A stretch of 64,000 nt of DNA from Gnetum montanum (taxonomy: Eukaryota > Plantae > Gnetophyta). Below, one piece after another: positions 27,150-41,426 of this stretch. The notes under the pieces are model-generated. The model worked only from the letters and a program-made list of their open reading frames with translations, was not told the DNA's origin and did no database searches. The stretch lies in NCBI GenBank assembly GCA_015680685.1, contig MNCI01001967.1:281066-345065 (forward strand), read 5' to 3'. How positions within the stretch are numbered: the first letter of the stretch is position 1; every line of letters starts with the position of its first letter. A program made the position numbers and the translations under genes.

Positions 27150-27600
27150 GTTTTAACACTGTTGAGGTCTGATGTAGAAGGCAAGAAACAATTTTATTTA
27201 CATCACATTAGATCTAATAAACTAGATGCAGAAGCTCACTATCTCTCAGCCACTATTCCAATCAAGTATCTTAGTGCCATCATCAAGCTTCACCTATGTT
27301 TGCATTATCCTAGAATTGAAAATGGAAGATGGATTCGACTTTCCTGAAAAGAGCGCACCAATAGGTTGTGCAGTTTAAAAGCCCTTGAGGATGAGTTACA
27401 TGTGTTTCTTTTTTATGTTAACTACCCATTTGAGACAATGTTATAATGTTGCAGCAAAAAATAAATATGATTTGTTTTATTGCCCTTATTGGTGCTTAGT
27501 CAATTTGTAGAGTCTGTTTTTATCTTTCATAAAAATAATATATATACCTAATAGATCATATGGATCTTCCGACGTAATAAAGCTTCAGTTTTAGTTTCAG
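27150..27600 (+). mobile_element. RTEX-like LINE 3' fragment
   Basis: HYPRIENGRW....KER..RLCS...EDELHVF C-terminal motif; tail AATAAAGCTTCAGTTTTAGTTTCAG. Confidence 0.65.
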
Positions 27601-30429
27601 CATAACAGTAGTGAAATGCAACAAAATAGGTAATAATAGTAGTCTAATGTTCAAGATCATCTTAATCTTAAAATGATAAATTGCAAATATGATTATTGCA
27701 ATAAAATTCAAAGAAGTGAAATGCAGTGAATCTATAAGTGCAATGATGGATAAACAATAAGGAATTAGATTTGCCAATTAAAGATACAACTGTTGCAACA
27801 TGATTGGATAACTGTTTTTAGTTTGAACAGGAGTAAAGAAATATATCAGTCGATGAGATGATTTGGGATTTGGTAGATTAAATGGATAAATGAGGTGGAT
27901 CAGTTTTGTTGCACTATATATTGTGATTACCAAGCTCTTGATTGTTCTTCATTCCTTGGCTCTTTGTTCTTCTCACTTTGCTCTTGCTTTTCTTCTAGAC
28001 TTCGAGAAACTTGTATTTCTGCTCATAGCAGGACCAGAAGATTCACTCAGGATAAGCGATCCTTTTTAAATGGATGAAAACGCAGTTGTTGATGCATGGA
28101 GTCAATGGGTGATCATTTTTAAATAGATAAACACAGTTAAATGGAGAAATGATGATTTTTTAATTACTTGAAAATTCAGACTTTGGAGTACAAGATTACT
28201 TCTAAATCAATCAATGCTAGATTTCAGTGTGGTTACGATGTTCAAATTAACTTTTTTGGTATTCCATTATTGTTCTTCCTCTTACTCTATGCAAGGGACA
28301 AAAATGCTGACAAATAGAAGCCTATTTGAGTCTCTATTTTTAAGAGCATAGGACACTACCTTAGTATCCCTGCAAGGAGTGAACGAAAATGGGTTCGGAA
28401 TCATGCAGATAGTGTAGTTGATGTTTTTTTTTATCTCGTCAAATTCACTGGAAATATTTGAAAAGCATTTTAATAGTAAACTATTTCTTAGACATGTCAT
28501 TGGTGCTAGCAAATCATCTTCATCAAGCTGTTATAATCAACAGCGGCACTGATGCATATACTTAGATAGATTATCGAGATAACAAAGTAAATTAAAATTA
28601 AGTAATAGTAAATCATGCGAACTTAGGACTTGCACTTAATGGGTAAAATGAAAGAATGTTTTCTGATGTACTTTCTTTGTGTGCTACAGAGCCCTCAAGA
28701 TAGGATGGACAAAGGAGTTACTAATTTCAATGGAAGAAAACCAAAGACATATCGCGGGATGATAGCATATGACATAGGATTAGGGTATATGTGATTGGTA
28801 ATGATGATGAAATTGGACTTACACATGAATATTTATTTTTCTTTACCCCAATTTCTATTTTGTTCCCCTTTCCAAGTACACTCTGGTTTTAATACATGTG
28901 GGTTGCATTACAAATATGTTGATTTGATTTTTGTGCATGGATAGCTCAATTTTTTTCATTCCAACATTTTATGGTGAATGTTTATTTATTCCAATTCTGC
29001 AGACCCATGACACCATCTGAAAAGGAGCACATATTGTAAGCATATATGGATTTCTTCGAAAGTATGTTTTATTGCAATTAAATGGACTAAGATTAGGCTG
29101 TTTTAGCTTTTGTAAATCTATGAGATTACAACCTCAATACAATGCTGTGCAGGCTTCAGAAACCTTGTGGAGGTTATACATTTCTGCAGATTGTTCGGTC
29201 AGCAGGAAATGATCCTGATAAAGGAATGATATGATCTTTTAGTACTGCATTCTTCCAGAGTTGTCTCTCCTGCGGATATTTCTTCACATTTAATCTGAAA
29301 GCTTAAAATTTTTGTAAAAAATGGTACAACATTTTATTTCCAAGTTTGTAAATATCTAATTATTTGGAAATATCTTCAATCCAAAGACAACAGGATATCT
29401 GCTCCTTGGTTGAAGAATTTTAGTTTTTACATGTTGTCGGGGTCATCGTAGCAGAAATTTGTTGGTGTTAGTTGCACAATCCTCTGTAAGATCGGTGATC
29501 TGAATAGGTTACGATTGAGATGTACAAACAGAATGCAAAAATAGTTAAAATTGAACAATACAATAGATTTAGGTGATTTTTAAATGTAATTAAAAATAAT
29601 TCATTTTCAGTATTTTAGAAAATGATTAATGACAACGAAGGTATGGGCTAAAAGTTCACTATGTTTTTGCTTAGCCAGGTTTGGTAAGTTATTGACTCCA
29701 TTAAGATGGTTTACTGTAACTCTTTGGATTTGTGCCTTTGCAAACATTCTCAGGTAAGACAGTTAACATATTGGTCATTTTGATTAGATAGGGTAACCAC
29801 ATATGATGGTCGTTCTGGCAACTCATGTTTTCACTTAAAACATTTTTAAATAAAAAATAATTATGTAAGAACCCAATGCAAGGATGTTTTGATCTTTTCC
29901 ATTACATGATTTTCTAAATAAAATGTTAGGTTTATATCTAGCAAACTTGTTGATTCCATGAATGGAGGGAGTAGGTGATTATAATAAAGAAAACATTTAA
30001 TACAAATAGCATTGAAGATGAATACTATATTTTCTTTCAATGTATTATATTTTGGCACATTACAATGTCTTATATTTCAGCATATTACACATAAGTGAAA
30101 CATTACAATTACAAATTTTGGTTGATTTTTTTTATGTTACTAAGAATATTTGGTATTTTTTGGCGATTTGGAAATTTTGGGCTTTTGATGGATCACAAAT
30201 TTGCTTTGGGCTTTAGTGTTTTGATGATTTAAGATTCAACATGTTGTATGCTAAGGCCAAGCAAAAAGCAACGTATTCCATTTCAAGTAGTTTGGGTAAG
30301 TATAACAAATGGGGTTTCAATAGTACGAGATGAATGAAATAACATGGTTGCAACTTTGAAATCCATGGTTTTTAGGATTGTGCAATTAAAATCCATGCTT
30401 GAAGCCATGGTAAAAAAAAAAAAAGGTAC

Positions 30430-33400
30430 AAACTGTTCCAACCACTCTAAAATTGAAAGATTCATTATCAAATGTTGAACTAACTCAAGTTCGACTAATA
30501 TGGATACTCTACAGTCAAAGTTGAATTCTTTTGAATCAAAAATAATTGCTCACTCAAGCTTAGAAGTAGTTATTGAGAAAATGCATGAGGATGAAAAATG
30601 TGATAAGATTCAAAATTTTCGGGTTGTGGGAGTTCTTGAAAAACATGATGAGGATCTTTTGTAGGTCATGCTAGATTTCTTTATGAAACAAATACACATT
30701 TCTTTTACCTTGATAATTAGTGTAAATAGACTTGGTCCTAAGGGAGATAAGCCTTGGCAGATTCTTGTTAAGTTTGCTAATTGGGGTGGAAGAGGTAAGG
30801 TTTGGAATAACAAAAGTATATTGAAAGGATAGAAGATTTGGATTAATGAACACTTACCAAAAAAAAGTTTGCAAAAAAAGCAAGAAGAATAGTCAAAAGC
30901 TAAACAAGCTTATGTTGAAGGTAAAATTGTTTATTTGAACTATAAATGTATCATAGTCATAAGAGAGGGCAAATCCTCCAAAATAAGGATTTTCTTCTTC
31001 TACATGTGGTTTCCTTAATGTTGAAGGTTCAATGGTTGATAAAGTTTCTGCTTTAGATACTAGACATTTCTTCAATGATTTTAATCTTCTTTGTTTTTTT
31101 TGGTTGAAATGTTGGAAGAAGAAAATTCTCCGATTGTATTTATTTTAGGCTTTCATATCATTTCTGTTAGAAATAAGCATTCCAAGGAGAGAGGTAGGCC
31201 TTCTAGTGGTATTGCTTGTTTAATTAAAAAGTCTAGAGATCATTTCATTAAATTCTTCTTCTACATGTGATTTCCTTAATGTTGAAGGTTCATTGGCTAG
31301 TCATTTCTTCAATGATTTTGATCTTCTTCTTCTTTTGCTGAAACTTTGGAAGAAGAAAATTCTTTGATTGTATTTATTCTAGGCTTTCATATCATTTCTA
31401 TTAGAAATAAGTATTTTAAGACAAGGGGTAGACCTTCTGGTAAGTTCAAAGATCATTCCATTAAGGTGCACAAAGTTGATTATAATAACCAATATTTGTG
31501 AATTAAGGTTCAAGGCCTTTCAAAGGTTCTTTATATTGCTTTTTGTTATTTTGCTTTAGGGGATTTTTCTATTTACAATTATGTTAATCTTTCACAAGAG
31601 CATCCTTTTCAGTCTTTGGGTTTCTTTGTGGAGATTTTAATGCTCTTGTAGAAAAAAGTTAGATTCAAAGGCTTATTTGGAATTCTCAATTAAAGTTCAG
31701 TGAAGAGCTCTATTTAGTTCACAAAAGATCATCTACTGATCATATTACAAATTAGAGGGGTATTCATTTATCAGAATGGGATTATTCCTTTGATTTTTTA
31801 ATTCTTAATAGCATCCACAAATCTCGTTTCTCCTCTCATTTCACCTTTACTAGACACTAAGGTAACTCTTTTATTGATATTCTCTTGTCTATTCTTGACA
31901 ATATAGACACAGTGAAAAACTTTCAAGTGGGAGAAAAGCTCATAGAATCTCCTTCTCATTACCTAAAATTCACTATTGTTACTTCAATTCATCATATTCA
32001 CTACAAGAAATGTAGAATTTGTCATCTCACAGAAGACTTTCATTAGTATTCTCAAACAAGAGTGACTAATATGTTAGTTAATAATGACAATGAGTTAGAT
32101 TTGACTAATGTTCTTTTTTCTATAGTTATGTGTAGATTAAGAAGAGGCCTACTTGTAGAAAATCTTGGTTTGATGTGGACTGTTTGACAACTCGTCAAGA
32201 TGTTTTAGCTTCACATTTTGATGTTTCAATGTTGAAGAATTATAGAAAGATTATTTAATTTTTAAAAAATATAAGTTCACTAAAGAAAAGAAAAAAAGAA
32301 TGATTAGTGATCTCAAATCCAAAAAGCTTTTAGAATTTCTTCCAAGACAGATAGCAACATGGTTGGGATATTTCCTTATCAACTATTCAAACTTTCTTTA
32401 ATAAAATTTTTGATCAAGAAGCTCCCCCTATTGTACAAGATAACTCTAATGTTCTTGAGTTATCCCTTGATGTTTCTGCAGGAATTTAAAGGTTATCTTC
32501 TAAGAAAGGTGGGAATGTTAAGGGATTATTACATACAAAGCTTCTTAAATGTGATGGTCCATTGGTGTGGAAAGTAGCTTGCAATATTCTTAATAAAGGG
32601 CTTTCACATGGTTTAGATCGCTCTTGTTGTTTTAGTTGAGTAGTCATACTTGTCAAAAAGGGAGATGGGATAGATCTTAATAATTACTGATTGATTGCAA
32701 TCAATCAGTTTTCACTAATCTTTTGGGCATTATTTTGGAGAATAAAATTAGTTCATGAGTAGAAATGCAAGATCTTCATGCTTAGTCACAAGCAAGCTGC
32801 AGGAGAAATCATTCTACTATACACCATCTAATAACTTTATGTTATTGTGTGGGCAAAGCAAAAAGGCCCAACCATACAACTTTTATCTTTTTTTGTTGAT
32901 TTTTCCGAGGCTTATGATTCTATTGCTTGAGATAAAGCTTGGAAGAAATTAGATAGCATTAACATTCTACAAGATCTTCTTTCTATTGCTAAAAGAATCT
33001 ATGAGATGGTTAACATTCTTATTGAAGATAATCTTTCTAGAGAAGAAACAATTCTCAATAACTCAATTGGAGTTAAACAAGGTTTTTCTTTATTCCCTAC
33101 CCTTTTTGGCATATTTATAGATGAATTAAAGGAATCAATGCAAAATGCCTCTACTCATGCTATGTTAGTGAATGGATTAGTTTTGAACATGCTTCTCTCT
33201 ATAGATGATGTGGCCTTGATTGTAAAATCAACTATAAGATTAAATTATATGCTTCAACTTCTCCATGACTACTACAACCATTCTAGTATAAAAGTTAATA
33301 TTGATAAGACTAAAATTCTAGTTTGTGATATTAGAAATAGAAATTACATTTTTTTTCTTTGAGACAAAAGACTTGATATATGTGAATCTTATAAATATTT

Positions 33401-34476
33401 GGGAGTTGAATTTGCTATTAATTATAGTTGGAATACCCTTGTTGCTCAAAAGGTTTCAAGTGGCATGCGAACTCTATTTGCTCTACGAAATAATTGCAAT
33501 AAGAACAAATTTTGGCATGGGAGATCAGAAGGAAAGTTTTTCACAATCTTCTTTAACTTGTATTATTGTATGGGTGTGTTGCATGAGGACCTTTTCTTTC
33601 TACACATAATTTGAAAAATTAAAGCATGTTCAAAAATAGTTTCTTGTATGTGAATTTCAAGTGAAAATGTAGACTTCTTATGATATCATACTTTTAAAAG
33701 AAAATTTGCTTCCTCTTAAAGTTGAAGCCCTTTGTCAATTTATTGATTATACTGAGAAGTTAAGTCACATGGAGGAACTCAATCATGCTAAGGAGATAAT
33801 AAATGGTACACAAGAAAATGAATGGTTGCATTAAGGAAAATATGGCTTCAGTCATAGAATATTGTAATAGAGGATGTTCCTTTAAATAAAAGGTCCTTTC
33901 AGAAGATTAAAAGAAAAAGTTTTGGCAAAAGTTTGGTTGAACACATCAAGGTAAAAACATTTTTATTTACATTTTGTTAGAGGAGGTTTGTTATCTAGTA
34001 CTCAAAACTATCCATTCTCACCTATTTTTATGCATGTAAGGAATCAAATTGCTAGAGAAAAAATAAGCTCTCATCATCTCCTTATTGAGATAGGTCATTA
34101 GATCAATTTACTGAGAGAAGAGTATATTTATAGGTTGTGCAAGAAAAGCATAGAAGATGAAGAACATATCTTTTTATTTTGCCCATCTTTGGTTCACATT
34201 TGAATGGATTATAATATTATTTGTAATATGTTGATTTTTTTCTTTCAAATTGACCCTATTTGCTTATGACATTACATCAATTATATTTTCAACTTTCCTA
34301 AAATATATATTAAGGCTTTTTAATTGTCCATCAAATCCTTTATGATTTCCTAGATATAATAAAAATGTCTAGTTTCCAATTTCCATAATGATGATTTTAA
34401 AAGTCATAGTATCTACATTTCTATGAATAAGTAAATCTAAAGGGTTATGACTGTAATAAAGTTTCAGTTTCAATTT
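30430..34476 (+). mobile_element. Degenerate near-full-length RTEX-like LINE (ORF1 + APE-RT ORF2)
   Basis: ORF1-like VNRLGPKGDKP.QILVKF..ILKG.KIWINEHL. APE motif CGDFNA. RT GVKQG.SL.PTLFGIFID..LLSIDDVAL..VNIDKTKILV. C-terminal SSHHL.IE.G..RLCK.SIEDEEH..CP. Tail AATAAAGTTTCAGTTTCA. Internal tandem duplication near 30990-31460. Confidence 0.7.
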
Positions 34477-35633
34477 AAAAAACATATGATTCAAGCAAAG
34501 TTTGACCTTACAACATATTGATTAGCAAGGTGATGATGATGAAGTGCCTTCCAATAAGATGGATAAGTTAAAATTTGAACATAAAAATGATATGTCTAAA
34601 ATTTCTTTCAAGTTTGTAACCCATGAACTAAACAATACAATATTTAAGATCATCATCATCATCCTAGCCTTATCTTAACAAAATAGCATTGCTACATGAG
34701 TTATATTTCCCTATTTGCTTTTATGAGTACTTAGGTCCTTATTTGTTTGTAAATTCTTAAGATCATATTTCATCATGTTTTCCCATGTCTTTTGTGTCTC
34801 CTTTTTGATGGCTTTGTTGAAATAGTGATGCGTCAATCTTTTTTTGATAAATTAACTATGTGATCTTTTCAGCAAATAATCAAACTATTTAAGATGTTAT
34901 TCATGTAGCCTATCTAAAGTATAAGTCACTCCAAGTCTTTATCTAATATTTGTATTGGTCAATTTTGTTGGAAAAATGAAGACAAATACATTAGTATTAT
35001 TTGTTGTATTTCCTTTTATGTTTTTAAAAGGATGTTGCATTTTAAATAATGATATGAAAAAAGGGGGCATGGGAGGTTGTAAAGTGATGTTTATGTGGGG
35101 ATGTGTTTTATCCCACATGTGTTAGAATTGGGATTTGGTCCTAGTGTTTCCTTATAAATAGAAGGCTTGGAGTAGCTTTTAAGTAGGTGTTTTTGATGTG
35201 GAAGCATTGTATTGAGGTTTTACCTTGGAGACAAGAGTCTAAGATCTAAGATCTGTCGGACTAACAAATTGGATGCTTGGGAAAGCTATAAGGATGACTT
35301 TTGTCCTTAAGATTTGAGCAAAATAAAAGGTAGATTAGCATTTTTGTGGAGGTAGGCTAAAAAGGGCTCGAACCACGTAAATATTTGTGTTCTTGTGCTA
35401 TTTTCTTTCATTGTTTTCATTTTGCTTTTACAACAAACATTTTTTGGAGTTTACAATGGTTTTTTCAATAATTTATAACGTCTATTTAATCTGCTACAAC
35501 ACAACATTTTCTACCTTTAACGTTTTATTTAGATCTATAGCATTGTAATAATTTCTCCAGAGTTTCTCTAGTGTATTTTTAGATTTGACGTGCTAATTGT
35601 TTTATTGAAACTATCGCTTTTGATTATAACAAC

Positions 35634-35645
35634 TGGTATCAGAGC
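35634..35645 (+). promoter_or_regulatory. Primer-binding site (tRNA-iMet)
   Basis: TGGTATCAGAGC 2 nt after the 5' LTR. Confidence 0.9.
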
Positions 35646-35658
35646 TAGATCTAAAGAG

Positions 35659-38600
35659 ATGGAGAGGTTGCAAACAATGGGAAGATTGGTAGGAAAGAAC
35701 TAAAATGTCTAGAGCATTTTGATAAAGGTGGTTTTGGCACAAAAGAAGTGCTAGAAGGCCCTAGAACCCTCTTAACCAGTGGGAATGTCGAATGCTGATT
35801 GGAGACAAATTAAGACAAAGACATTATCTTTCATTCATTCAACCCTAAGCAATGGGATTTTGACATTAATTAAACCTGATATGGATCCACATGATCTGTG
35901 GAAAACATTGAAGAATAGGTTTGATAAAGTATCAGGTTTGAATACCTTTCATATTTATTAGAAAGTTTTTAGATGCAAGAAGAGATCTGATGTATCTTTC
36001 CAAGATCATTTGGATGAGTTGAGGGGAAATTTGAATAAGTTGGAAGAATATAAAATTGTTATTCCAGATTTAGTTAAATCTATGCTCTATTAAATTCCTT
36101 ACCTGATTCCTAGTTTGCAATTGTGACATTTATTACTACTTATATGAGTTTTTCATCTAGGACATTTGAACAAGTCATGTTTACCCTTTAGGATTCAAAA
36201 GGAAGAGTAGATGAGTCTTTTGGATCTAGAAATGTTCATGTAGTAAAGGAAAGAGGGAGAAGTAGGAGACATTTCCCAAGTAGAGGGAGAAGTAGCAACA
36301 AAGGTGTATCACATGGAAAAACTCAAACTCAAGAGTGTTGGTTCTATAAGAAGAAAGGTCATTTGAAGAAGGATTGCTTTGCATAGAAAGCATAGAAAGA
36401 TAAAGAAAAGGAGAAGAAGTCGAAAAAAGGAACATCATAGGTAAATGCAGTTGATGAAAACGTTAGTTTCATGGTTCAAGAACTATGTACAATGATGGTA
36501 GATGGATGTAACAGTGACATCTAGTTGATTGACTCAAGTGCCTCCTTTTATATTTGTCCAAGTCTTGTTTTACATCTTATCATGAAGTTAAATCTAGTCT
36601 TGTATATGTTGCTAATGGAAAAACTTTAAAATTTCTTGGAATTGGAAGTATAAGTTTGCAACAAGCAGGGACGCTAAAGGTGATAATAGATAACATTAGA
36701 CATGTTCCTAAAGTCACAAAGAAGCTGATTTCAGTTTCACAGCTAGATGATTCAAGTTTGAATTTTAGTAGTGGAGGTGGACATTAGAGGATTTCCAAGG
36801 GAATCATGACCATTCTGAAAGGAAAGAAAGAGGGCAGCTTATATACGTTGATGGTAAATTCATGCACTCTGTTATAGTAGTTTTTGATGTAGAAAGTTCT
36901 GAAGTGTGGCATAAATGTCTTGGACACATTGGCTGGTCAGGCTTAAAGGTACTTCAAAATCAATCTCTCATTCCTATATTTTCTTTTGCCCAAACTGATT
37001 GTAAAGACTGTTTAGTTGGAAAATTTAGGAGAGTAAACTTCCATAGGGATCTAGACAGCAGAAAGAAAAATAAGTTAGAATTGGTCTATTCTGATGTTTG
37101 TGGTCCTGTGACTCTCATTTCTCTTGGTGGATTTGTTTATTTTGTAACTTTCATAGATCATTATACAAGAAAGGTTTGGGTTTATATGCTGAAATCAAAA
37201 GATGAAGTGTTTTTAGTTTTCAAAACATTTTTTGCAAGAGTAGAAAATGAAACAGGTTTAAAAATAAAATGTTTGCAAATTAATAACTGTGGGGAGTACA
37301 CTTCTAAAGCATTTGCTAATTTTTGCAATAACAAAGGAATTAGGCACATTTGTACCCCTGCTGGTACACCACAGGAAAATGGAGTTGTTGAAAGATGCAA
37401 CAGAACATTGTTGAATTGTGCTAGAACAATGGTTTCAGGTGTTGGCCTACCCATAGATGTTTTGGGGAGAGACAGTTAAAACTACAACATATTTGGTGAA
37501 TAGGTCTCCACATTTTTCAATTGATGCTATTCCAAAAGCTGTTTGGAGAGGTAAAGACATTTCATACAATCATTTGAGAATTTTTGGTGTGAGGCATTTA
37601 TGCATATTCCAAAGGAGAATTAAACTAAGTTACAGGATAGGCCTAAACGTTGCATATTTGTTGGATATGGAGAAGATGATTTAGGATTCAAACTTTAGCA
37701 TTCTGAATTGAAACGTGTAGTGAGATCAAGAGATCTTAAATTCAAAGAAAACATGATGTTTAGTGAGTTGCAAATGAAAGACAAGAACAAAAATGGCTCA
37801 GACAACATGAGACCTCTTTTTAGGGTGACTGAAGAAGTTGAAAATGATGAAATTCATAGATTTTCCAAATCTAGAAACGTTGGACAACATGCTGAAATTT
37901 CATGGTAGCAAGCTAAGAACTCAAGATAGCAAGGAGAAAATGAAGGACAACAAGGAAATGAGGAAGAAGATGATGAACAACAAGCTATAGATGTGTCTCA
38001 TTGGATTAGAAGGTCAATAAGAGCTACCAGACCTCTTGACAGGTACTCTCCCTTGCTGAATTATGTACTTTACAATGATAGTGGTGAACTGAAAACAATG
38101 GAGAAAGCCATGATGTGTACTGATGCTACAAAGTGAAAGGTAGCTATGAATGATGAATGGGAATCACTCCAGCAAAATAAAACATTGGAGCTAGTTTAGT
38201 TGCCAAAAGGGAGAAAACCCTTAGTGCAGGTGGCTATATAGAATTAAAATAGAGGCCAATGGGGAAAAACGTCTCAAGGCCAAGTTGGTGGTGAAAGGCA
38301 ATGCATAGAAACCAGGCATAGACTTTCAAGAAATTTTTTTTTTTGGTGGTAAAGCACTCTTCTATACATTTAGTGCTATCTTTGGTGGCCTACATGGACT
38401 TAGAATTGGAACAACTTGACATAAAAACAAGTTTGAAAATAAAATTTTTGCAAACTGATAACGGTGGGGAGTACACTTCTAAAGCCTTTGCTAATTTCTG
38501 CAACAACAAAGGAATTAGGCATATTCGTACCCCTCCTGGTATGCCATAGGAAAATGGAGTTGCTGAAAGATGCAACAGAACATTGTTGGATCATGCTAGA

Positions 38601-40486
38601 ATAATGGTTTCAGGTGCTAGCCTACCTAAGATGTTTTGGGGAGAGGTAGTTAAAACTACAACATATTTGGTGAACGTGTCTCCACATTTTTCAATTGATG
38701 CTATTCCAGAAGCTGTTTGGAGAGGTAAAGACATTTCATACAGTCAATTGAGAATTTTTTATGCGAGGCATTTATGCATATTCCAAAGGAGAATAGAAAT
38801 AAGTTGTAGGACAGCGCTAAATGTTGCATATTTGTTGGATATGGAGAAGATGATTTAGGATTTAGACTTCATCTTGAATTGAAACATGTAGAGAGATTAA
38901 GGGATGTTAAATTAAGAGAAAACGTGATGTTTAGTGAGCTGAAAATGAAAGACAAGAACAACAATGGCTCAGAAAACATGAGAACTCCTTTTAGGGTGAC
39001 TGAAGAAGTTGAAAATGATGAAATTCATAGATTTTCCAAATCTAGAAATGTTGAACAACATGCTGAAATTTCATGGTAGCAAGCTGAGAACTCAAGATAG
39101 CAAGGAGAAAATGGAGGACAACAAGGAAATGAGGAAGAAGATGATGAACACCAAGTTGCAGATGTGTCTCATTGGGTTAGAAGGTCAATAAGAGCTATCA
39201 CACCTCCTGACAGGTACTCTCCCTCACTGAATTATGTACTTTACAGTGATAGTGGTGAACTGAAAACAATGGAGAAAGCCATGTCGTGTACTAATGCTAC
39301 AAAGTGAAAGACAGTTATGAATGATGAATGGGAATCACTCCAATAGAACAAAATGTGGGAGCTAATTTAGTTGCCAAAAGGAAGAAAACCCTTAGAGTGC
39401 AGGTGGCTATATAGAATTAAAATAGAGGCCAATGGGGAAAAACATTTCAAGGCTAGGTTGGTGGTGAAAGGCTATGCACAAAAACCAGGCATAGACTTTC
39501 AAGAAATTTTTTCTCTCATGGTAAAACACTCTTCTATACATTTAGTGCTATCTTTGGTGGCCTGCATGGACTTAGAATTGGAATAGCTTGACATAAAAAC
39601 GACATTCCTCCATGGAGATTTGGAGGAAATATACATGAAACAACTAGAAGGGTATGAAAAATAAAAAGGTTTAGGTTTGGTTTGCAGACTGAAAAAGAGC
39701 TTATATGGTTTGAAACAAGCCCCTAGGCAGTGGTATAAAAGGTTTGATACCTTCATGAAGAAGCTGAATTATTAGAGAAACAATCTGGACCACTGTGTGT
39801 ATATTTCTGGAGATGTTTTGGGTAAGTTTACAGTGTTGTTGTTATATGTTGATGATATGTTAATTGCTAGAAATGACATGACATAAATAAAACATCTAAA
39901 ATTGGAAATGGGCAAAGAATTTGCTATGAAGGATTTGGGACAAGCAAAGAAAATTCTTGGAATGAATATTTACAGGGATAGAAAAAGGAAGAAGTTGTGG
40001 CTGAGTCAAGAAGATTATATTGGAAAGGTTCTAAAATGTTTCAACATGGAAGATGCAAAACCTGTAAGTACACATTTTTCAGCACAATTTAATTTATCAA
40101 AGGAGGATTGTCCAAAGTCAAAAGAGGACTTTGAAAAGGTGAAAAACTTCCCATATGCTTCTGTTGTTGGGTCATTGATGTATGCCATGGTTTGTACATG
40201 TCTTGATATTACTCATGTCGTTGGAGTAGTTAGTAGATTTATGACCAACTATGGTTGGAATCACTGGTTAGCTGTTAAATGGATTCTAAAATATTTAAAA
40301 GGCACAAAAACACATTGCTTGTGTTTTGAAGATGCTAATCTACACATTGAAGGTTTCATAGATGCAAATTTTGCTGCTAATCATGATACAAGACGTTCCA
40401 CTAAAGGGTACACATATTTTTGATGTTGCTAATGCTTTAACAAAACTAGTGATAGTTGATAAACACATTTTCTATAGGAAGAAGCT
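35659..40486 (+). pseudogene. Copia gag-pol pseudogene
   Basis: WHKCLGH..C..C GAG-pre-integrase, YSDVCGP..FIDHYTRK..QENGVVER integrase, KARLVVKG, LYGLKQAPRQWY, LLYVDDML, YASVVGSLMY. Many stops and frameshifts. Confidence 0.9.
37250..39600 (+). repeat. ~1.18 kb internal tandem duplication (integrase core to RT start)
   Basis: Junction at ~38425 fuses RT ..LELEQLDIKT to integrase SLKIKFLQTDNGGEY via AAAC microhomology. Confidence 0.9.
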
Positions 40487-41426
40487 TGTAAAGTGATGTT
40501 TATGTGGGGATGTGTTTTATCCCACATGTGTTAGAGTTGGGATTTGGTCCTAATGTTTCCTTATAAATAGAAGGCTTGGGGTAGCCATTAAGTAGGTGTT
40601 TTTGATGCAAAAGCATTGTATTGAGGTTTTACCTTAGAGACGAAAGTTTGAGATCTAAGATCTATTGGAGTAACAGATTGGGTGCTTGGGAAAGCAATAA
40701 GGATAGCTTGTGTCCTTAAGATTTGAGCAGAATAGAAGGTAAATTAGCATTGTTGTGGAGGTAGGGTAAAAAGGGCCCGAACCACGTAAATCTTTGTGTT
40801 CTTGTGTTATTTTCTTTTGCTATTTTCATTCTGCTTTTACAACAAACGTTTTCTAGAGTTTACAACGGTTTTTTTCAATGATTTACAGTGTCTATTTGAT
40901 TTGCTACAATGTGATATTTTTTTCCTTTAATGTTTTATTCAAATCTACAATGTTCTAATCATTTCTCTAGAGTTTCTTTAGTGTATTTTTAGATTTGATC
41001 TGCTGATTATTTTGTTGAAACTATCGCTTTCGATTATAACAAATTTCTCTCTTCTTGTAACATTCAACATCCATCTACTAATTCATATTTATGTGATATT
41101 AATTTATTGTTTATGCCTCTCCTGTGCAACCCAACATCCAACACCATATAAAATACTAGGTCTAATCAATGTCACTATAGACTTTAGGATACCTCTTAAA
41201 ATCAAGAAATTAATAGAAGCATTACAAAAGCAACAATTATGGAGTCATAACAAGATCATGTTGATTGCAAGACATTGAAGACATGGTTTTGCAAGAAACT
41301 AGTTATGTACATGATATACCATATAAGGTTGATCAAAATGTGTAGTATTCATCTAATTAATGTTAACAAGGCATTGCTAATTTAGAGTATGCAAGTTGAA
41401 GTTCATAAGTCACAAGTTTAATTCCA

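Larger units (their letters stand above)
34966..41041 (+). mobile_element. Ty1/copia LTR retrotransposon, rearranged and non-functional
   Basis: Perfect 5-bp TSD AATTT (34961-65 / 41042-46). TGTT..AACA termini. 5' LTR 34966-35631; 3' LTR only 40487-41041. Domain order gag, protease (LIDSSAS), integrase, RT, RNase H. Confidence 0.95.
34650..41330 (-). mobile_element. RTE-clade LINE remnant split by the copia insertion (34650-34965 + 41047-~41330)
   Basis: (CAT)n tail plus CCTAGCCTTATC at 34650-34675. Sequence reads through as RTE (..WMLNVTRREKLTNTNIR..) when the copia and one TSD copy are removed. Confidence 0.75.

Noticed and set aside
35055-35085. Alternative copia LTR start at TGTAAAG (35078) after a purine-rich tract
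   Set aside because: TSD AATTT, TGTT/AACA termini and RTE continuity place the start at 34966; the 3' LTR is simply deleted at its 5' end.
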